Origin: Lama guanicoe
Taxonomy: Eukaryota
NCBI GenBank assembly: GCA_013239625.1
Contig: MU053493.1
Span: 1,249,793 to 1,313,792 of the forward strand
Length of the DNA: 64,000 nt
Direction of reading: 5' to 3'
Position numbers and translations under genes: made by a program
In this document: positions 53,322-64,000 of the stretch, one piece after another
Layout of the letters: every line of letters begins with the position of its first letter
Position numbering within the stretch: position 1 is the first letter of the stretch
The notes under the pieces: generated by a model
Seen by the model: only the letters and a program-made list of their open reading frames with translations
What the model was told of the DNA's origin: nothing
Databases searched by the model: none

Positions 53322-53775
53322 ATGCAGCTACATGGATGGATCTGGAGATCATCATTCTAAGTGAAGTAAGCCAGAAAGAGAAAGAAAAATACCATATGAT
53401 ATCACTTATGTGGAATCTAAAAAAAAAAAAAAGACACAAATGAACTTATTTACAAAACAGAAACAGACTCACAGACATAGAAAACAAACTTATGGTTACC
53501 AGTGTGGGAAAGGGGGTGGGAAAGGATAAATTGGGAGTTCGAGATTTGCAGATACAAACTACTATGTATAAAATAGATAAACAAGTTTCTACCGTATAGC
53601 ACAGGGACCTATATTCAATATCTTGTAGTAACCTATAATGAAAAAGAATATGAAAACGAATATATGTATGTATGTGTATGACTGAAACATGATGTTGTAC
53701 ATCAGAAATTGACACACATTATAAACTGAGTATACTTCAATAAAAAAATAAATAAAAGTTAAATAAATAAAATAC
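53322..53775 (+). mobile_element. Young L1 3' end, sense
   Basis: gcagctacatggatggatctggagatcatcattctaagtgaagtaagccag...tatacttcaataaaa. Confidence 0.95.
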
Positions 53776-54699
53776 AATGAATAGAAGCTTAAAGCACAAA
53801 CACTCCATCAGCCAGCTGTGCTGGAAGTGTGGGTACCGACCGTGAAACCTGTCCTGCTGGTACCCCAGTCACCTGTACATGCCAATCACAAGCCAAGGCA
53901 GCGCCCAGAAGGAAGCTTTTATCAGGCAACTGCCTCCCTCTCTCAAGGCTTTGGGCTGATGAATTCTTCCAGATAGTGATGCTGTTCTGCTGCTTGGAGG
54001 AAATACTGCTGGAAGAAGGAACAGAGGAAGCAAACACAGGAAGGGAGGGTGACAGGAACATCACTTGAAGACCTCAGGTCGGCGGCAGGAGAAAAAGGAG
54101 TCTTTCCTGCTGTGTAGATTCCTCTTGCAAATAAATCAGCATTCCGTGCGTGGAGAATTAGAGGAGGGTAGAAACTGGGTCGTCAGTTAGCATCTGCTAG
54201 AGTTGAATATTTGGCCTTGAAGCTTAGGATACAAACTGTAACCAGATTTATGATGAGATGGGATTCATCTTCAAAAGAGGATGTGAATTAAGAGAATAAG
54301 GACAAGAAGGAAAATGGGGGGAGCTCTGTGCTTTAAGGTCAGAGAGAAAGCAAAGGAGGCGGAAAATGGGGCATGGAGCATTCAGAGTCACAGGTTAGGG
54401 GCTGTTAAAATGTCTGTGTTGAAGTGAGGTGTTCTAGTGTCCTCACAGTGGCCTGGTGGCCCGCCGGGGTTCTGGAGATGGCATGAGGGACACCAGAATG
54501 AGAATTTCACGTAGTACAAGTGAGTCTCTGGGGAAGAGAGTAAGGACCCAGCAGGTGAGAACCCTGCAAAGGGGGGAATGAAGGGATCCGGGTGAAGGAG
54601 GGCAAGTCCTGTTACAGAGTGTCGACAGACAGGCACCGAGAGGGAGGTTATAAGGGTGGTCAGCAGCCCCAAACAAGGTCAAGTCCAAGGGAAATGGAG

Positions 54700-54955
54700 C
54701 CCCAGAAGCTTGGGTTTTCATCAGGACAAACCTGGATTTGAATCTCAGTTGCATCACTTACTGGCTGGATGTCAACCATAAGTGACGGAAGTTAGACATA
54801 AGCAAAAACCGATCACGAATGGTCATGATACTGAGAGCTTTCCGCTTACTGAGATCTTTACAGACGCAATCTCCTCATCTCACTTAACCCTGCTAAGGCT
54901 TCTCACTCGGGGGATTTTACTATCCCAGTTGTACAGGAAAGGAACGTGAGGTTCC
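54700..54955. mobile_element. MIR fragments
   Basis: acaaacctggatttgaatctcagtt and cccagttgtacaggaaaggaacgtgaggttc resemble the MIR core. Confidence 0.5.
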
Positions 54956-57900
54956 TCAGGGTGATGCATTTGCTGTCCTCGCCGGCAGGGAAGTAGCTGG
55001 GAGGCGGGGCCAAGCCCAAAGCCCGTGCTCCTCACTGCTCTGCGGGACTGACTCCTCCCTCGAACGGAGCATGCTGGCTTCGGGGCCCACAGCCTGGGGA
55101 TTCCGTCTGGCCTCAGCCCGTTCCCTCATTGTGATGGTGTCACCATGGGACCTCTGTGCCTTTCCATCGCATCCTCCCTCCATGTGACATCTGCTGGGAC
55201 TCTCCAAGACTTAAAGTGGAGAAGATGAAACGGGAGCTGGAAACTTCTGCTCTCTGAGCACCAAGCCCTGCTTCCAGGCCACCAGGGACCCACGCCTATC
55301 CCTCGCCCCTAGACTTCCTGTTTTTAGCTACAACGTCTGCAGTCTACCAGCGTCAAGCTCATCCCTGGGGCATCCCCCGTCTGCAAGTCACCACTTGTGT
55401 TCCTGGTTATCCTGAGCTGCCGTCTTCAGAACTGTTCAGAGTAAGAAGCCCATCTCAAGGGGCTCTGACCCCTAAATATCTGATGAGTGTGTCTGTCGAC
55501 CACCCTGTTTCCTTCCCGCTCAGTGGCCTCTTGGACCCTCTCCACGTGCACGGACACTGGAGTACTGGATCCTTGAGGAGTTCTTTAAAATCTCAGAAAC
55601 CAGCATTTGGGAGCTAGGCTTTGTGGACCATGCCACCCCTCCTCCCCTCCATGTTTGCTCTCACCTGACACTTACTGGATCTCCGTTTGCTATGAGGTGC
55701 AGCATAGGTTAGAGCCAGGAAGCTCGCCGGTTCAGGATACAGGCAGGTGTGTAGCAAAGTGAGCAGGAGTGCAGGACAGTGATGGGAGGACATGGAGGCA
55801 TGAGCCAGTCAGAAAATCAGGGTGAAAGGTCACGGGGTGGGAAAGCAGAACGGACGGGCTTTTGCTGGTGGCTGGACGCATGCCTCCCAGCATTGCCCCA
55901 AGCGATCCTCTAACAGAGAGACGCAGTGGGGGCACACGCCCCTCACTCTGTAGCTGTGGTCCACGGAGGCGACGCGTGATCACCGCCTTGTGGTGGGAAT
56001 ATAAATGGGCAGTTCTGGAAGGGTCTCCTCCGGACAGGCTCTTTTCCTGTGGGTGGGAGAAGCATGGTGGGGCAGGAGTGGGCTGGCTCCTGGGAGCAGG
56101 AGCTGGGGGGCGGCAGGGATGGGGGTGGGGGGTTGCAGCTGTGCCAGGACCAGGTCTTGTGCCCAGGGCAGCCGTGCAGGGTGAGATTGCAGCTCGGGGG
56201 ATGCATCCGGATTGGAGGGTTCTCATGCAACACTGCAGTGTAGCAAGTGAAGGACTGTGGTTCGAGGCTGTAACCCTCTAAGCCTCACTTTCTGTTCGTG
56301 AGAAGCTAGAATGGTGCCTGCTCCTGGTGGGGCTTGGGGACGATGACATCTCCGGCCACACCAGGTGCTCCACGTGGGCTGTGTCCCTCCTCTCCCGTTG
56401 CCAGGATTCGTCGTGCTGGTGTCACCACTAATACACACTCCCATGATACTGTGTCTGCATTTCATGATAGAACCTCAGCCGCCCATGACCTTCCCTCTCC
56501 CCGACCTTCCTTCCACACACAGGTTCGACCCTCCCTTGGGCACTTGCCACCGTCAGCCCTGCTGTAGAGCAAGGCACCCACCCAGGTCATCGCCCCTGCC
56601 AAAACATCACGTCCCTAAAGGCAGGGTCTTATCCTGCCCTTCCTGGAACCTGCACTCTGGAACGTGACTGCTCTTTGGATAGACACCACCACTTAGACTC
56701 AAAAGTGCGTTTGTGATTACACGGGCAGGATTCTCTCCTGTGATTGGCAGTCACGTGGAAGAGTGGTAGCACGTGCTGGAATTTCTGCTTCAACTGCTTC
56801 CCCTAAACCAGCTCCGTCTTTGCCACCACCCTCCACTACTGCTGCCACACAACTACAAACAGTGACGGGGCCGTGTAACACCAGAACCTCCACCTGTCGT
56901 CACCTACTGGTTTTTTTGTTAAATAGCCCAGATGCTTTAGTTTGGTTTCCTGACCCCAAGATGTACAAAGATGCTCCTACTGTGTCTTTGTGAGCTGACT
57001 GCGGAGGAAAAAAATACGATTACATTGTAAAAGACCATGTGATAGAATTTAAACATGATGACTGATAGCATCCTCTGCACCAGAAAAAAAAAAGGTAGAA
57101 AGACCAAGGGAAGATATTCAAATCCTATTTTATACATGCAACGCCTCATGCTGTGTGTATACAACATAATTCCACATAGAGTTTGTCAATATAGTTAATA
57201 CCTGGAATTTGAAGTTGATCAGGAGGGGATAAGATTTTATTTGCTCTTTAAAATTAAAGCTAAAAATTAAAGCTAAGCTTTTAATTCTTTGCCTTTAAAA
57301 AGCTTGTGATGCCTGGTGGGATCAGGTGCAGCAGGTGATGCCTCCTTCCTGCCATGAGAAGTCCACCAGCTCTCAGGGCTGGGAACTGAAGCCCCCACAC
57401 TGAGTCCAGCTCCCTGCAGTTAGCACCACCCCCCTCCCCGAGTGCTGTGAAGAGTCTGCCTCAGCACCCAGCACCCAGCACCCAGCCCAGTGTCAGGGGG
57501 CCTGCTGAGCGCTGCCCGGGACAGGCACACCTGTCCTGCCCGGCATCTCACCTGATTCAGCACCTGAAGTCTCCTCTCGCCCCCTCCCCCAGATTCTCAC
57601 CTGGCAGTCCCTCCGGAGCCCCCACCTTTCCCAAACTGAGCTTAAAGGAAGAAGTGAAATAGTGAACCAAAGCCAAGAATGTGGGAATTCTTTTCATTCG
57701 CTTTTTTCCTCTCGCTTTTGCTCCCCTTGGAGCGTACGCTCTAGGACTTGATTTTCAGGGTGGGGTGGGTAATTAGGGATGGAATGTTCTGCAGTGTGTG
57801 TGTGTGAATCTAAGGTGTCACAGTAGACAGTCACAGACTTCAGGGGACATCAGTTGTGGGTATGGAACACTGGCTCCTCCTGGTTCATTCTGGGCACATA

Positions 57901-58432
57901 AGAAGTCAGTACTGCAGGGCCTCTGTATTAGTGGTAACTGGTTTAAAAAAACAACAGACTATAAACCTGTGTTTGCCACTCTGCTTCCACCGTGCATCCT
58001 ACTAACAAGCCTCACCCACTGAATCCAGAGAGTTTTAACTCCACATCTGATTCCTTTCCTCTTTCCCTACCTCTTTTGTCTTTTTCCTTTTCTTTAAAAA
58101 AAGAATATTTTGTGTGTTATTAACAGGAATTCCTATTTGGTGTGGCTTAACTGTATTTCAGAAGGTCATCAGACTGTGAGACTGCTTCCATGAAACATTT
58201 TTGTGCCACTGTTTAAAAAAATTTTGACATTAATAAAAATGTGAATGTGGGGGGGGTACTCTTAGAGAGTAGACATCAGGCCATTTATCCCTTAGAAAAA
58301 TGAGAACTGCTGGTGGGAAGCTCCCGAGTTAACCCATGCTAATAGAAACCCTTCTTTGCCTGGTTATTTCCTACCATGTGACTGTTATTCATGCATCAGT
58401 ATTGTGATCTCTTGTCAATTTCTCATCTCCAG

Positions 58433-58615
58433 GTAAAAACTGGGACCTGACGGCCGCTTTGAGTGACTATGAGCAGCTCCGACAGGTGCACACAGCCAAC
58501 CTGCCACCTGTGTTCAATGAGGGCAGGTGCCCCAAGCAGCCGGAGCGAGAGCCGCCCCCTCCCGGGCACACGGCGGACCGGCCCTGCCTGCCCCGGCAGG
58601 AGGACATCGCCCAAG
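58433..58615 (+). CDS. OTUD7A: OTUD7A second coding exon ([61 protein letters not shown])
   Basis: Acceptor tttctcatctccag ends at 58432; donor CAAG|gtaccg at 58616. 183 nt, phase 1-1. Joins the previous exon in frame (G+GT=Gly) to give the conserved [23 protein letters not shown] of OTUD7A/B. Confidence 0.97.
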
Positions 58616-59052
58616 GTACCGGCCGAGGGACCCCCACCCCGCCAGGCACCAGCTCCCTGGCCAGCACACCGTGGCTCACAAGGGGACTGGGGTCGGGGAG
58701 CAGAGAATGGCCAGGTCACAGCCTCCCAGCTGCAGACAGAGCAGTGTCTCCATGCACCATGCCTCTTACTAAGTGGAACTGTCCTCTGCAGCTTCCATTC
58801 CTGGTTCAGAAAAACAGGAGAGTGAGTCGACTTCCCTAGGCCCCCATGTGCCTCCTGGACGCCTGGTTTTTCCAGACCAAACCTCTCTGGTCCCTTCAAT
58901 TATTCCCCAAGTAGCACAGCCTCCAAACCTGTTTCACACTGGTGTTCATCATTCTGTAACCTCTGTTTTCTCTATCCCTTTTCTTAATTACAGAAGTAAG
59001 AAAAGCTCATTGTAACACAGGAAGCAATACAAAGATATATAAAGAAAACGTA

Positions 59053-59187
59053 AGGGGGTGGAAGTATAGCTTAGCCATAGAGCTCTTGTGGCAGGAGGTC
59101 CTGGGTTCAATCCTCAGTGCCTCCATTAAGGGAAAAACAAAAATAAAAATAAATCATGAAATGCATATTTATCTTTAAAAAAAAAAG
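59053..59187 (+). mobile_element. tRNA-derived SINE (vic-1-like)
   Basis: gtatagcttagcc...gaggtcctgggttcaatcctcagtgcctccattaa, A tail. Confidence 0.85.
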
Positions 59188-59199
59188 TGAGAATTTTCT

Positions 59200-61200
59200 T
59201 CTCCACACCTCGCAGGTCACAGGGAGACCAGCCAGTGTTTGCATCCTGTTCCGTCTCTTCCTACTTTGCTTGTTCAAAATGCAAACACGTCAGAGCCCAT
59301 TGCACATAATGCCCTTTGCAAAGTGCTTGTTTCCTTCAGCGTACTCTCCTAATATTTTATTCCACAGCATGTGATCATTTTTAAACCATGCCTATATTCC
59401 CAGTGATTCTGTTTTTTCTTGGATTTTGGTGGTGGTGGTGTTTTTTGACACTGCAAGCGATGCTAAAATGAACTCTATACCTGCAGTTCATACATACTAG
59501 GGCTTTTATTTCTATAGGTTAGCTTTTCCAAAGTGGATTTTCTGTGCCAGCATGTGAATTTTTAATTTAATAACTTCAGGACTTCTTTCCCAAACACATA
59601 TCTGTTCACCATGTGTGAAACAGGGTGTTCCCCCCTCATTCTTGCCAGGACTGGATATTCTCACAATGATTTTACATTGTTTTTCTACTCTGAAGGTTAA
59701 GAAGAAAATAGTGTATTTTAACTTTCATCTTGTCATTTGCTTGGTAGCCAGTTAGATCTCCCCTTGTGATGTGCCTGTTCACATACTTTGCCCATTTTTC
59801 TATTGATTTGTTTGCATTTTTCTTATCAATTTGTAGCATTCTTAATAATTAAGACAAACATATATTACCTTTGTATATGAGGTATATTAATATAAAGTAT
59901 ATTAATATCTCCTATTGCATTAGATCAAACTTCCCAACCTGTATCTCCCACTATATCATTTGCCTTACAACTGTTCACAGAATATTCTGCCACACAAAAT
60001 GTTTACATTCCTATGCTTTCATGGCTAAGAGTGGCCTCTCTTGGCTCTCCAGGATCTCCTGAAATTCAAAGTTATCGACATACTTTCCTACATTTTGGGG
60101 CTATATTGTTAGGTGCATATGTAGTCATATTTGTTAAGTCATCTGGCTCTAATGCTCTTTGTTACCAATATATAGAGAGTCTCTGTCCCACATAATTGTG
60201 TATCTTTAAATCTGTTTTAGTTGATGTTAAACCTCTACCCTGCCTTTCTGTTGGTTCATATTTGCCTGGAATAGCATTTTCATCTGTTATTTCAATGCTT
60301 CTTTATCCTTCTGTATCTAATGTGATTCTTGTAAGTAGTTTATCATCAGGTATTATTTTATTATCCAATCCAAGAGTCTCTGTCTTTTAAGCAGTGAATT
60401 CAATCCACTTATTTTACTTTTATGATAGTCCTGTCTGTGCTTCATGTTATGTGATTTCTTTGCCACACTTTTTTGTATGTATCTTTCTCCTATTCTATCT
60501 TTTCTGCCTAATTTAATTTTTCAATTGGTTTGAAAGTTATCCATTCTACTTATGTTATAGTTACCCCCGTTCTATTACAACCTATATTTAGGTTTCTCTC
60601 TGTTAATTTTTAAAACTTATCCACAACTATATTTTATCCTGAAAAAAAAAAAGACATGTATCTCTGTTTTCATCTTCTCCCTTCCTGCCTCCTGGGCTCT
60701 CAACCATATTTAGGCTCTTTTTGCTTGTTTAGACAACAGTTAACTTTGTTTACTCACATTTAACTTTTGCTGAAAGACTGCTTCCTCAAAGACTATTTTC
60801 TAAAAGAATTATTGCATGATCAGTCTCCTAGGACCTCAAGTAACTAAAGGTGTTTACATGACATACTTAAATTTCTGTTTGGTGAGAATTCTAGGTTCAG
60901 ATTACCTTCCTTGAATGTTCTGAAACCATTCCATCCCCCCATTGGCTTCTCGCATCTCATGTTCATGCCTTCTAAGAGGATTCCTTGACTTGATCTTCTA
61001 ACATTCTAATTTATTTTTCACATGAATCCATTCTGTTAATCAGCATTCACATTTTTCATTCCAAATAAGCTCTTTCTCATTATTATTATTTCACATTCTG
61101 GCATTCGCTTTATCTCTTTGAACACATTTGCTAGGCTTATTTTAAAAGCTTGTCCTCCTGGTGCATTCCAGCACAAGTACTTTGTGGACTTTCTGTAACA
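59200..61200 (-). mobile_element. Old L1M antisense fragments
   Basis: Degenerate motifs (tgcctgttcacatactttgcccatttttctattg; ggctatattgttaggtgcatat). Confidence 0.55.
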
Positions 61201-62221
61201 GTGTTTGCCTTGCTCAGACATTTCCTAAGTTTTCCCCCGAGCACACAGCACCTTGCAGTCAGCAGTCATCTCAGCTCATGGTATCGGGAAAGGGACAAAG
61301 GCATGAGCTCTGGTTGGCATGGAGCTTGGGGAGATGTGCACTCAAGTTGGTGAGCGTTGAATGCTTTGATTTGGGCTCAGAATGCTCCCCACTTGCTCCC
61401 TTCCCTATGGTAGCTTTTCTCCTTAGGGGACCTCCCAGACCCTGTGTTCTAGAAATTTTTCATTTCCAGGGGCTGCCACCTTCTGTTGTGACTGGCAAGC
61501 TCACAGGGGGTATAAGAAAGAAGAGGAGAGGCGGGCCTGGCCAGCCCACCTGTTCCTGTGTGGTTGGTACCTGTCCCTGCTGAGCACCAGCATTGCCCTG
61601 ACACTCCTCCAGCTGGCATCAGCCAACACAGTATCTGGCCCGCACTGCAGTGGGGATGGCGTAGGCAGTGACCTGCCCAGGGCTGGGCTGGGGAGGGGAG
61701 AGGCACAGCCAGAACAGCCTCCCTCAGCCCCTCCTCGTGGAACCCAGCCCACTCCCACTCTCCGGCTCCAGTGGGCCTCCTGGGTGGGCTAGGGAGAGCT
61801 GCTGAGGCATGTCCATTGTCTTGTCCTCCTCCTTCATGTCTGCCACCAGATCTGAATCTGGAGGAACCACCTCTTCTAATCGTTTAGTTCGGTCTTCCCT
61901 TCTGGGTCTTCCGTGACTGTGTCTTCCTTCAGCACCACCAAGGACAGCCTCCTGGCATCTCCCACACAGTGGAAATCCAGACAGTTGGCAACATGGCTGT
62001 TCCTGCCCTTTGGAGTGGCAAACAATCCAAACCCTTATCTCATCCTCCCATGGAAGGGCCTAGAAGGAGCCTCCTCTCCGTTTTCAGAGAGGTTGACAGA
62101 ACCAGAACCTAATAAGTGTAACTGATACCTGCTGCCATCTGATCTTTATCAGATGTTATTCAGAAAAAAACAGAGGTATTGAGCCTTGTGAACATGTATT
62201 TTTAATAAAATAGAAATTGTA

Positions 62222-62372
62222 GGGGGTCGGGGTAGAACTCAGTGGAAGAGCATGTGCTTAGCCTGTACAACTTCCTGGGTTCAATCCCTAGTACCTCCAT
62301 TAAAAAATAAATAAATATCAAATAAATAAATAAACCTAATACACCCTCAAAAAAAGATTTTTAAAAAATTTT
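62222..62372 (+). mobile_element. tRNA-derived SINE (vic-1-like)
   Basis: ctcagtggaagagcatgtgcttagc...gggttcaatccctagtacctcc...aaacctaat. TSD-like aga(a/c)attgtag. Confidence 0.9.
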
Positions 62373-62471
62373 TTAAAAGACATTGTAGTTTCTGAATTAG
62401 ATCTATATCTCCTTTCATTGGATTCTTCCTGAAATCATAGAATGGAAAATAAAGCCCTCCTGATTCTAAAT

Positions 62472-62681
62472 CAGAGGTCAGCAATGGCTCACGAACCAAA
62501 TCTGGCCACTTCCTGTTTGTCAATAAAGTTTTATTGGAGCACACTCAAACTCATCATTTACACACCATCTATGGCTGCTATAGAGCTACAGAGACAGTTG
62601 AGTAATTGTGGCTGAGATTGTATGGCCCACAAAGCCTGAAAAATTTATATCTGCCCCTTTTAGAAAAGTTTTGTCCACCTA
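62472..62681 (+). mobile_element. MER58A-like hAT-Charlie DNA transposon
   Basis: cagaggtcagcaa...aataaagttttattggagcaca...tatggcccacaaagcctgaaaaattta. Confidence 0.8.
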
Positions 62682-62686
62682 TTTTA

Positions 62687-63228
62687 ATGCGGACCCAGGG
62701 TTTGTTTTAATCAGACACGGTAAGACACGCAGACAGAGAAATGACTGTCATAGTGGGATGGATCCTTACACTCATAGCTCCCTAGAAGCTGGAGGCATGG
62801 CATGCCATGCAGGGCCACACAGAGAAGCGCCAGGGCTGGTCGGCAGGGGACAGAGAGGAAGACCAGGGGCAGGAGCCTTTATTGTGTTTCTGTGGCAAAG
62901 GCAAGGCAGGGCAGGCAGACTTAGGATTGGCCAGTTTGGATAGTTTCAGCTGGCTCTCTGGGGCCTACGGGCCATCTGCAGTTCTGTGGCACCTGGCCCT
63001 GGGGTAATCAGGGTAGGCATATGGGCTGCTGGTGCGAAAGCCAGCTGGAGGAGGTGCTTAGGAGTACATACAGGCCCTGAATTGGTTGCTTTGCGCCAGA
63101 AAGATGCACTCCTGGATGAGTCCTTCAGTATCTCTAAGAATTGGCTAATCCTGTAGGGAAATCCTCTGCCTGGTCAGGGAGGCCCCAGATGCCAGACCAT
63201 CAAGGATACAGAAAATAGAATTAATACA
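62687..63228 (-). mobile_element. MER74-like ERVL LTR
   Basis: Reverse complement starts tgtattaattctattttctgtatccttgatggtctggcatctggggcc, as recalled for MER74. Confidence 0.75.
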
Positions 63229-64000
63229 CATCCCATGGCCTAAATCATAGGTATCTGAGTTGGCTTTGTCAGTGGTTGGGAAATTCTGTCCACCCTCTCA
63301 CTGTTTTAAAATCCCTCTTATTTCTCTGGGGGCATAACTTTGAACATTGTAATTCTTGCTTTACTTATTTTACTTATACTTCCAAAAGAAGGACTGCTGA
63401 GTTCATGTTTAAAGAACCAGTTTGTGAGTGTGTGTGTATGAGTGTGTGTGTGCATGTGTGTGGTTACATATGTGCGTTCATGGAGGGGATGGTTAGGACG
63501 TATTAGAATTAGGAGCACATGTTTCTCATTACGTGACCTTTAACATCATTTACTTTTAGTTCAAAGGCTTTTCCCCTCAGACTCCTAATATTTACTATTT
63601 GAAACTGTCTAATCACATCTTATCACACTATGAGTCAATGTTTCCAAGGTCCTCTTCCATCAGCAATAGGTGCTGATTGATGAGCCAAGAAGGCATATAG
63701 ATGGCCCACCCAGCATGTTACCACTGTTGAGGACAGTGTGGGTTCACATCACCTTGGGTGTTAGAGCAAACTGATGTCCATCTCCATCTGGTCCTGAAAG
63801 ATGGGGCAGTCCCTACTCTTCCAGATTCCCAAAAGGTAGCTGGTAGCAAGAAGGGTGACCTCAGCAAGGCTTGTAAGGGGTAGAAAGGCATGGATTCTCC
63901 TCTGCTCCTGCTCTCAGGGAACGGGATCAAGGAAGCAGAAGTGAGGGGGTGACTCCCAGGGACACAAGCCAGCCCACGTGCTCCATCTCCTCTTCCTCGT

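Noticed and set aside
58616..58839. ORF continuing past the exon donor (GTGRGTPT...)
   Set aside because: OTUD7A similarity ends at the GT donor; the rest is intronic read-through.

Overview
Mammalian genomic DNA, most likely camelid (inferred from at least 10 copies of a vic-1-like tRNA-derived SINE). The window lies inside the 5' part of OTUD7A (Cezanne-2 deubiquitinase) on the + strand. It holds a probable non-coding exon (18663-18755), the first coding exon (20337-20491, ATG at 20341), a 37.9-kb intron and the next coding exon (58433-58615). These two coding exons encode the N-terminal UBA-like region. The rest is intronic and rich in repeats: old L1M, young L1 3' ends, L2, MIR, MLT1, MER74-like and ERV1 solo LTRs, MER47-like and MER58-like DNA transposons, and microsatellites. 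The most unusual object is a TSD-flanked ~3.9-kb L1 derivative (38112-41981) that has a 5'UTR, ORF1, spacer and 3'UTR but essentially no ORF2 (half-L1/HAL1-like). It carries a near-perfect 583/582-bp internal tandem duplication and sits in a multi-layer repeat nest. Other leads are an overlapping uORF on the OTUD7A start codon, extra candidate 5'UTR exons, inverted SINEs around the start exon, a tandem repeat built from an inverted L1 junction, and a split RE1/REST motif. I found no prokaryotic-type system (CRISPR etc.) and no convincing novel protein-coding gene. Repeat family names are recognised by eye, and repeat boundaries are approximate unless a TSD is given.
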